Below are positions 10,546 through 17,177 of a stretch of DNA of 64,000 nt, one piece after another (the stretch's first letter is position 1; the number at the start of each line of letters is the position of its first letter). The notes under the pieces were generated by a model. It worked only from the letters and a program-made list of their open reading frames with translations. It was not told where the DNA came from and ran no database searches. The stretch is taken from contig JAZDOE010000008.1 in assembly GCA_043798985.1 (NCBI GenBank), positions 2,332-66,331 on the forward strand. The letters run 5' to 3'. The stretch comes from Candidatus Falkowbacteria bacterium. GTDB lineage: Bacteria; Patescibacteriota; Patescibacteriia; UBA11705; JACRDX01. A program made the translations under genes and the position numbers.

Positions 10546-11899
10546 CGCTCACAACAACAATTTTATCTTTAGTTTTTATTATTTTATTTTTTTTCAAATT
10601 GTTAATTGCGCTTACGACATTCTTGGCAATAATCGCGGCGGCTCCCCAAACGACAGAATATTGCCGCCGCCGTCTTTCATTTTCACAGATTACAACAACC
10701 AACAATTCAGGACGAAAACTTGTAATGGCGCGCGCCAAAGGTTCAGAACCTATTACTAACAATATTTTTGCTTTGATATTTTCAGCTAAGGCGCGCGCCA
10801 AACCACTCAACGCTCCGTCAGCAATTGTCGTTTGCGCTAGCCGTTTGCGAATATCCAAATCATCATACGATGACGCTTCTGTGACGTTGATTATTTTCAT
10901 CATTTCAAAGGCCGCTTGAATAGGATATTTTCCATTTGCCGTTTCGCCGGACAACATCACCGCGTCCGCGTGATCAATTACAGCATTGGCAACGTCGCTC
11001 GCTTCCGCTCGCGTTGGTATTGGATTGTTAATCATTGATTCAAGCATTTGTGTCGCGACAATTACTGGCTTTGCCGCAGCCAAACATTTTTCAATAATAT
11101 TTTTCTGAATTATTGGCACTTCTTCAGTGGACAATTCTATGCCCAAATCACCACGCGCGATCATAATCGCGTCTGCTGTTTCAATAATTTCATCTATCTT
11201 TTCAACCGCGACTCGCCGCTCAATTTTTGCGATAATCTTGATCCCGTTGATGGCGGGATCAACGATCGTCTTTTGTTTCTTTTCTATTTTATTAATTAAA
11301 TTTCTAAGTTCAACAATGTCTTTGGCTGATTGGACAAAAGACAGCGCCACAAAATCAACTTTGTTCGCCACGCCAAACATCAAATCTTGTTTATCCTTGG
11401 TCGTCAACGCTGACAATCTGACATGTGTATCTGGCAAATTCACGCCTTTATGCGAAATAATTTCGCCGCCGATTTTAACCAAACAATAAATTTTATTACC
11501 AACTATTTTTTGAATAACCAATTCAACGGCTCCGTCAGCGATTAACACGCGCTCCTTGGCTTTAACATCTTTATGCATGTTCGCGTAAGTGACAGGAATG
11601 GTTCCGCGCTCTACTTTGCCTGTTGTCAAAACAACCTTACTGCCATTTGCCAGTTTCAATTTTCCATCAAACTCACCCAACCTTATCCGCGGTCCCTGCA
11701 AATCCTGAATAATCGCAATCGGATTTTTGGTTTGTTTTTCCATTGCCCTGATTCGTTTTAATACTGCCAGATGATATGCGTGCGTATTGTGCGAAAAATT
11801 AAGCCGGCACACATTCATGCCTGCTTTTGCCAATCTTAACAAAGCTGCCGAGCTGTCAGCCGCTGGTCCGATTGTGCAAATCATTTTAGTCCTTTTCAT
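10517..11899 (-). CDS. pyk: Pyruvate kinase.
   Basis: MKRTKMICTIGPA...NVCRLNFSHN...MIARGDLGIE. Full-length, 460 aa. Confidence 0.85.
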   Translation of the reverse strand: MKRTKMICTIGPAADSSAALLRLAKAGMNVCRLNFSHNTHAYHLAVLKRIRAMEKQTKNPIAIIQDLQGPRIRLGEFDGKLKLANGSKVVLTTGKVERGTIPVTYANMHKDVKAKERVLIADGAVELVIQKIVGNKIYCLVKIGGEIISHKGVNLPDTHVRLSALTTKDKQDLMFGVANKVDFVALSFVQSAKDIVELRNLINKIEKKQKTIVDPAINGIKIIAKIERRVAVEKIDEIIETADAIMIARGDLGIELSTEEVPIIQKNIIEKCLAAAKPVIVATQMLESMINNPIPTRAEASDVANAVIDHADAVMLSGETANGKYPIQAAFEMMKIINVTEASSYDDLDIRKRLAQTTIADGALSGLARALAENIKAKILLVIGSEPLARAITSFRPELLVVVICENERRRRQYSVVWGAAAIIAKNVVSAINNLKKNKIIKTKDKIVVVSVDNIYVKVA

Positions 11900-12255
11900 A
11901 AAATGACATTTTCTTGTTGCCTAAAATTAACTTTGTCACCTTCTTTTTCAACCACTAAAATATCAAACCGACAATCAACGTCTCGTCCGATATTTTTCGC
12001 CTGAATATAATATTTAATCAGCCGTTTTATGGTGTCACGCTTTTCATAATTCACCGCGCGCTCACCCGGCAAAAAATTAGTCGATCGTGTTTTAACTTCT
12101 ATAAAAACGATTTCGTTTCCTTTCGCGCAAATCAAATCAATTTCGCCAAATCTGCGACGATAATTCCGCTCAATCACGCTATATCCTTGTTTCGCGTAAA
12201 ATTCAGTTGCCATGTCTTCGCCCCATTGGCCAAACTGTTTATTGTGAAGCGTCAT
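11896..12255 (-). CDS. yraN: YraN-family endonuclease (UPF0102).
   Basis: FGQWGEDMATEFYAKQGYSVIERNYRRRFGEIDLICAKGNEIVFIEVKTRS. Confidence 0.7.
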   Translation of the reverse strand: MTLHNKQFGQWGEDMATEFYAKQGYSVIERNYRRRFGEIDLICAKGNEIVFIEVKTRSTNFLPGERAVNYEKRDTIKRLIKYYIQAKNIGRDVDCRFDILVVEKEGDKVNFRQQENVIL

Positions 12256-12256
12256 A

Positions 12257-12508
12257 TCAGGTTGATTGCGATGGCACGATTAAACCGACCAGCCAGTTTA
12301 AAAATCCTCCGATCAGGCCTGTCATTGTCAAAACTCCCATCAAACAAACAACAATGCCAATAAGCTTATAAAGCATACGGCTGCTGCCAAACCATTTTTC
12401 GCCCCACATTGAGTAACCAATGAATTCCTGAATCCATTGCGTTCTCCAAACAAAAACAAATCCCACGCCAGCGATAATTAGTCCCAGAAAAAATTGTCCG
12501 ATTGTCAT
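12257..12508 (-). CDS. Small hypothetical membrane protein with two TM helices.
   Basis: 83-aa hydrophobic ORF in operon context. Confidence 0.35.
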   Translation of the reverse strand: MTIGQFFLGLIIAGVGFVFVWRTQWIQEFIGYSMWGEKWFGSSRMLYKLIGIVVCLMGVLTMTGLIGGFLNWLVGLIVPSQST

Positions 12509-12530
12509 ATATTATTTAAATTTTGTAATA

Positions 12531-12574
12531 TTCGCAGATTCGTAACATTCGTAAGATTTGTAGCTTCGTAGCCA
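12531..12574. repeat. Copy C1 of a 44-nt dispersed repeat (TTCGCAGATTCGTAACATTCGTAAGATTTGTAGCTTCGTAGCCA), in an intergenic position.
   Basis: About 39 of 44 positions match a second copy at 55840..55883, which lies in frame inside the U32 peptidase CDS. Confidence 0.6.
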
Positions 12575-12609
12575 TGTTATTATACCATTTCTTTCGACAC
12601 AATAAAAAA

Positions 12610-12692
12610 TGGGCGAGGAGAGATTTGAACTCTCATGACCTTGCGGTCGCTACCACCTCAAGGTAGTGCGTATGCCGTTTCGCCACTCGCCC
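12610..12692 (-). tRNA. tRNA-Leu (anticodon GAG), long variable arm; no CCA encoded.
   Basis: Cloverleaf reconstructed by hand: acceptor GGGCGAG/CTCGCCC, anticodon stem CTACC/GGTAG, loop TTGAGGT, T-arm GAGAGTTCAAATCTCTC. Confidence 0.8.
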
Positions 12693-12724
12693 AATTCACC
12701 CCGCCAAAGGCGGGGCTACAATTT

Positions 12725-12904
12725 TTACTCAACCGCAATCGCTCCAACAGGGCAACCGGCTTTTGCGTCAGCAACGCATGGCAATCCAATGTCAGCGCCC
12801 TCTTTTGCCTGCGCTTTTCCGTCAGCGCCTATCTCAAAAACATCAGCGCATGTTGCCGCGCACGCGCCGCAGCTTATACATTTTTCTTTGTCCACTGTAA
12901 TCAT
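12725..12904 (-). CDS. Small 4Fe-4S ferredoxin (59 aa). It is absent from the ORF track because it falls below the length cut-off.
   Basis: Translation MITVDKEKCISCGACAATCADVFEIGADGKAQAKEGADIGLPCVADAKAGCPVGAIAVE. The CxxCxxC...CP cysteines are typical of a single-cluster ferredoxin. The listed ORFs 12635..12958 and 12666..12917 are antisense to it. Confidence 0.6.
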   Translation of the reverse strand: MITVDKEKCISCGACAATCADVFEIGADGKAQAKEGADIGLPCVADAKAGCPVGAIAVE

Positions 12905-12908
12905 ATTT

Positions 12909-13709
12909 TTATTTTAATAATTTACTGCGATTTTTCCCAACAATTAATTTTAATTTAGCGCTGGCAATTTTTATTTTTGCCGGAGTTTTTATCACACGAT
13001 AATTGTCCAACACTAATGGCAAATACTCATAACTTTTAACCATAAACTCGTCGCGTTCAACAAATGTATCTGCCTGAACTTCTTTTTTCCCACTGAATAT
13101 CTTCAAAATTCCCTTTGTTCCAGCTATCTCGCTTCTCGCAACCAAATTCAACTTTTGATCTTGCGCGTCAATTTTATTCAGCTCTGGCAAAACATCCTCT
13201 TCTCTTTTCATTGGATAATAGAAATTGTAAACGCACACTTCTTTACAACTATTGGTCGGCATGATTTTAAAATTGCCATGCTCAATCAGCAAGCGATTCA
13301 CGCTCTTGCTCATTTTCACATTTGAAAAAAAGAACTGCCCGTTCGCGTCGCCAATATCAACTTCAACCAGTTTACGCGCGGCAATCGCCTCGCACGCTTC
13401 ATCATCCACGCCAATTCCAAGCAATGGCGCGATATTATTATTTTGCCCGACAGGAATAAAACCAAGCGTCAGTCCATTGCGAACAACCGGATCAATAACC
13501 TTCAAAAAACTGCTGTCATTACCGACAATCACCAAGGTTTTAATCCCACGCCGTGCCTCATCATCAATAATTTCCTCAATGCGTTTTAACAAAGAAAGAC
13601 GGATGTGCTTTCCGTTTATATCCAGCTCCAGCAGCTTTTCTTTGATTTTATCTATCGTGCGGTCAAACTTCTTATCATTCAGAAAAGTATCGTACAAATA
13701 ATAATACAT
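12909..13709 (-). CDS. Lipid-kinase-like protein (DAGK catalytic-domain fold); its catalytic motifs look degenerate.
   Basis: LVIVGNDSSF aligns with the GGDGT motif and LGFIPVGQNNNIAPLLG with the LGxIPxGTGNDxA motif, but the key Gly/Asp residues are substituted. Confidence 0.4.
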   Translation of the reverse strand: MYYYLYDTFLNDKKFDRTIDKIKEKLLELDINGKHIRLSLLKRIEEIIDDEARRGIKTLVIVGNDSSFLKVIDPVVRNGLTLGFIPVGQNNNIAPLLGIGVDDEACEAIAARKLVEVDIGDANGQFFFSNVKMSKSVNRLLIEHGNFKIMPTNSCKEVCVYNFYYPMKREEDVLPELNKIDAQDQKLNLVARSEIAGTKGILKIFSGKKEVQADTFVERDEFMVKSYEYLPLVLDNYRVIKTPAKIKIASAKLKLIVGKNRSKLLK

Positions 13710-13712
13710 AGC

Positions 13713-14096
13713 CTATTCAACGACTTCGCTTGTCTTTTTATCCATCTTGCACGCGCCGTTAAATGTCGCGCCTTCAGCAATACTCAAACTGCTCGCTTGA
13801 ATGTCACCATCAACGCGCGCGGCATTCATCAATTCCAACCGACCCTTAACGATAATATTTCCCTCAACTGTCCCGGAAACAACAGCTGCCTCTGCCTCAA
13901 CATTTGCCGTCACTTTGGCATGATCACCGACCTTTAAAAACTTGCCTGTCTTTATACTGCCCTTTACCTCGCCCTCAATCACAATGTTTCCGTCACTGCT
14001 CAAATCTCCTTCAATTTTGATCGCGCGACCAATGATTGTGTCTTCGCTACTGTCCCCTTTAAAAAATTCCTGCTCCGTTTGATTGGTTTTAAACAT
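13713..14096 (-). CDS. Bactofilin-family cytoskeletal protein.
   Basis: Repetitive beta-helix sequence IIGRAIKIEGDLSSDGNIVIEGEVKGSIKTGKFLKVGDHAKVTANVEAEAAVVSGTVEGNIIVKG. Confidence 0.7.
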   Translation of the reverse strand: MFKTNQTEQEFFKGDSSEDTIIGRAIKIEGDLSSDGNIVIEGEVKGSIKTGKFLKVGDHAKVTANVEAEAAVVSGTVEGNIIVKGRLELMNAARVDGDIQASSLSIAEGATFNGACKMDKKTSEVVE

Positions 14097-14110
14097 ATTT
14101 ATTCGCCCCC

Positions 14111-15847
14111 CTACATCATTTGTACTTCCTTTATATTTAATAATCGCAAACCTTTTGTCAATACGTCTTTAACGTTGTTGGATAAAAATAATCGCGCAGC
14201 CGCCAGCTCTGGGTTTTCGCCAATGACACGGCATTTTTGATAAAAATTGTTAAACAATTGTGACAAATCCAACAAATATTTGCACAAACCGCTTGGGTCT
14301 AACTCTATTTCGGCCTTTTTAACCGCGTCGTTAAACATTCCAATTTTCAAAGCCAATTCGCGCTCAATATTCTCAACCAGCAAATCCAATTTGCAATTCT
14401 TCTGCTTTAATTTAGCGGCAGATGCCTTTTCAAAAAGAGAGTTTATGCGCGCGATTGTATAAAGCACGTATGGGCCAGTATCGCCATCAAACGCAGTCGC
14501 CTTATCAATGTCAAAAACAATCACACTGTTATTTTCATATTTTAAAATCCAAAACTTTATTGCAGCCAACGCGAGTTTCGTTGAAACATCTTCAACTTGC
14601 CGCGTTGACCAATCTACATGCCGCGCGTTTGTTTCTGCTTTTGCTTTTTCCAAAACAGCGTTAAACAACGAATCAAATGAAACAACATTACCCTTTCGCG
14701 ACGCCATGGCGCCCTCTGGCAAAGTGACAAAATCATAGCTAACGTGCGCTTTTTCCTTTTTATCATAGCCTAGCAAGTCCAGCAACTTGAAAATTTGTTT
14801 TAAATACAATGACTGGCGGACATCAACTACGTAAATTGACTTGTCAATTTTATATTTTTCAAACTTTTTAATTCCCAATGGCAAATCTTTGGCGCCATAA
14901 AGAACATTACCGTCAGATTTTATCAAAACCAAAACATCCAAACCATATTCCTGCAAATCAGCTATTAACGCGCCTTCGCTCATTTTTACTTCTTTAATTT
15001 TTCCTTCCTTAACAATACGTGCTAACAATTTTCGCCCCTCTTTTTCCTCTGCGCTTTCCCAAAACCATTCGTCAAATTTATTGCCCAATATTCCATAAAT
15101 CTTATGAAAATCATCCATGCTCCATTTTTTTGTTTTTTTCCAAAGCGCTGTTGCTTTGCGCTCGCCAGCTTCCAAACGCTTTTGTACTTCAGCAATCTCA
15201 ACCATCAACTCTGGTTTTTCCGCCAACAAGTTAACAGCTTCAGAATAAACTTTTCCCAAATACTCCGCCTTATTTTTACCTTTTTCAATAATCAGCTTAG
15301 GATTATTTTTCTCCAAATACCATATACATTTTGCAACATGAACGCCTGTGTCGCCAATATAATTCGCAACAATCACCTTCTTTCCGGCTTCGCGCAAAAT
15401 ATTAACCACTGCCGCGCCAAGGCAGGCATTTCGCAAATGGCCGACATGAAATTCTTTGTGCGTGTTCGGCTGCGAATATTCAACCATAACCCTTTTACCA
15501 CCCGTAGAGACGAGATATATCTCGTCTCTACATTGCCTTGAACACAAAATTTGTTCAAGCAGCCATTTTCGCTTGAAAGTAAAATTCACATACGGCCCCA
15601 CAATCTTCAATTCCTCAATAAAATCTCCGCGCTTGTCATTTCGACCTCGCTTTAGCGAGGGAGAAATCCCTCGTAAAATTTCCGCCCCAACATCCATCGG
15701 AGACTTCTTCATCTTCTTCGCCAAATTAAAACACGGCAAAGCCAAATCACCCATTTTAATATCCGGCGGTGCGACAAAATCGCTTGCGCTGACATCAAAT
15801 CCCGCTTGTTGCAACAATTTTGCCAACTGTTCTTTAATTTTCTGCAT
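14111..15847 (-). CDS. argS: Arginyl-tRNA synthetase; the sequence carries two in-frame repeat insertions.
   Basis: HIGH-type motif EFHVGHLRNACLG and the DALR anticodon-binding C-terminus. Probable ATG start at 15847 (MQKIKEQ); the track ORF begins at a TTG at 15856. Confidence 0.9.
   Translation of the reverse strand: MQKIKEQLAKLLQQAGFDVSASDFVAPPDIKMGDLALPCFNLAKKMKKSPMDVGAEILRGISPSLKRGRNDKRGDFIEELKIVGPYVNFTFKRKWLLEQILCSRQCRDEIYLVSTGGKRVMVEYSQPNTHKEFHVGHLRNACLGAAVVNILREAGKKVIVANYIGDTGVHVAKCIWYLEKNNPKLIIEKGKNKAEYLGKVYSEAVNLLAEKPELMVEIAEVQKRLEAGERKATALWKKTKKWSMDDFHKIYGILGNKFDEWFWESAEEKEGRKLLARIVKEGKIKEVKMSEGALIADLQEYGLDVLVLIKSDGNVLYGAKDLPLGIKKFEKYKIDKSIYVVDVRQSLYLKQIFKLLDLLGYDKKEKAHVSYDFVTLPEGAMASRKGNVVSFDSLFNAVLEKAKAETNARHVDWSTRQVEDVSTKLALAAIKFWILKYENNSVIVFDIDKATAFDGDTGPYVLYTIARINSLFEKASAAKLKQKNCKLDLLVENIERELALKIGMFNDAVKKAEIELDPSGLCKYLLDLSQLFNNFYQKCRVIGENPELAAARLFLSNNVKDVLTKGLRLLNIKEVQMM
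15504..15531. repeat. Family B palindrome, copy B1 (GTAGAGACGAGATATATCTCGTCTCTAC), inside the argS CDS.
   Basis: Perfect 28-nt palindrome translated in frame as CRDEIYLVST. Related copies lie at 54489..54516 and 56058..56083. Confidence 0.65.
15645..15673. repeat. GC-rich double-hairpin segment (CCTCGCTTTAGCGAGG / CGAGGGAGAAATCCCTCG) inside the argS N-terminal region; probably another in-frame insertion.
   Basis: It encodes RGISPSLKRGRNDKRGD between the conserved ArgRS N-terminal blocks. Its GC content is far above the surrounding sequence. Confidence 0.35.
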
Positions 15848-15848
15848 A

Positions 15849-17171
15849 TTAAACAACTTTAACGAAAAACCGCTTGCCCTTTTGGATCACACTGCCCCTT
15901 TTAACAACAATTTCCAATGTTTCAATAACCTTGCCGTCAATTTTGACGCCTCCTTGTTCAATCGCGCGGCGCGCTTCTCCTTTTGATTTAACAAGCCCGG
16001 CCACCAGCAACGCGTCAGTAATATTCATACCTGCGACTTTCGCGTCAGGCATTTCATCTGGTGTTTCTTTTTTTGAAAAAGTTTTAATAAAATTTTCGCG
16101 CCCTGACACTGCTTCTTTTTCTCCATGATAAATTTTTACAATGGCTTCTGCCAATTCCAGTTTCAAATCACGCGGATTTTCCCCTCCTTTTAGTCTCTTT
16201 TCAACCGCGCCAACGCTTTCGGCCGGTTCTAACTTGCAAAGTTCAAACCCCGGAACAATCATTCCGTCAGTCCAGCTCATAACTTTTCCAAACATTTGTT
16301 CAGCCATATCATCTAACGTAATCATATTGCCCTCGCTCTTTCCCATTTTCTTTCCTGTTGTGTCAGTCAGCAATTTGTTCGCCAAAACGAATTTTTCTTT
16401 TCCTTTCATTGATTTCATCAAATCGCGGCCAACCAACATGTTGAACGTCTGATCATTCCCACCGATTTCACCATCAACATCCATCGCCACCGAATCATAC
16501 CCCTGCATCAACGGATATAAAAACTCATGCAACCCAATCGGGGATGGGCTAATTAAATCTTCAATCTTATCACAAGCCACGGCATGCAAACATTTTTTAC
16601 AAACACCACCGACTGGCGGAACAGTTGTTTGCCCCAACAAAATCAACTCCCCGCAATGTTCGCAAATCTTTTTCCAATGCATTCTTTTTCTGAACATATC
16701 ACGAGAAAGCATTTGTTGCACAGTAAAATGGCTCGCCAGATCAATAATTTCTTTAAACGTCAATTTATCCAACCAGTCGCCGTTGAATTTGATTTCAGCC
16801 GGATTTGCGCCGTCAAATTTAATCAAAGCGCTTGCTTGCTTTTTATAATTCTCACAATTTTTCAAAACCTGTTCGCGCGTCAATGGTTTACGCATTGCCA
16901 ATTTGTCAGTCGGGTCGCCAATCATTGCCGTAAAACTGCCAATCAACATTATTATTTTGTGACCCAACTCTTGAAACTGGCGCAACTTCATTAAACTAAT
17001 CGCATGACCAAGATGCAAACTCGGGCCAGTTGGATCAATGCCCAAATATATACGCAACTGTTTTCCTGATTTTAATTTTTCTTCTAAAAATTCTCGCGCC
17101 GGAAAAATATTTTCCACGCCACGAGTCAAAAGTTCCTCTATCTTTTTTGCATCTACGTTTATTTTGGGCAT
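15849..17171 (-). CDS. tyrS: Tyrosyl-tRNA synthetase carrying a zinc-ribbon insertion of about 45 aa.
   Basis: GIDPTGPSLHLGHAISL (HIGH motif), KMGKS motif and the C-terminal S4 domain are all present. The insertion HWKKICEHCGELILLGQTTVPPVGGVCKKCLHAVAC has a CxxC-x18-CxxC pattern. Confidence 0.9.
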   Translation of the reverse strand: MPKINVDAKKIEELLTRGVENIFPAREFLEEKLKSGKQLRIYLGIDPTGPSLHLGHAISLMKLRQFQELGHKIIMLIGSFTAMIGDPTDKLAMRKPLTREQVLKNCENYKKQASALIKFDGANPAEIKFNGDWLDKLTFKEIIDLASHFTVQQMLSRDMFRKRMHWKKICEHCGELILLGQTTVPPVGGVCKKCLHAVACDKIEDLISPSPIGLHEFLYPLMQGYDSVAMDVDGEIGGNDQTFNMLVGRDLMKSMKGKEKFVLANKLLTDTTGKKMGKSEGNMITLDDMAEQMFGKVMSWTDGMIVPGFELCKLEPAESVGAVEKRLKGGENPRDLKLELAEAIVKIYHGEKEAVSGRENFIKTFSKKETPDEMPDAKVAGMNITDALLVAGLVKSKGEARRAIEQGGVKIDGKVIETLEIVVKRGSVIQKGKRFFVKVV

Positions 17172-17177
17172 AAATTT

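Noticed and set aside
12635-12958. ORFs 12635..12958 and 12666..12917 (107 and 83 aa) on the plus strand.
   Set aside because: They overlap tRNA-Leu(GAG) and are antisense to the well-formed ferredoxin ORF. Their low-complexity Ala/Pro-rich translation is typical of the complement of a GC-rich gene.
15456-15986. 176-aa ORF on the plus strand spanning the argS 5' end and the tyrS 3' end.
   Set aside because: It is antisense to two conserved genes and has no recognisable domains; it is an artefact of palindromic inserts that read open on both strands.
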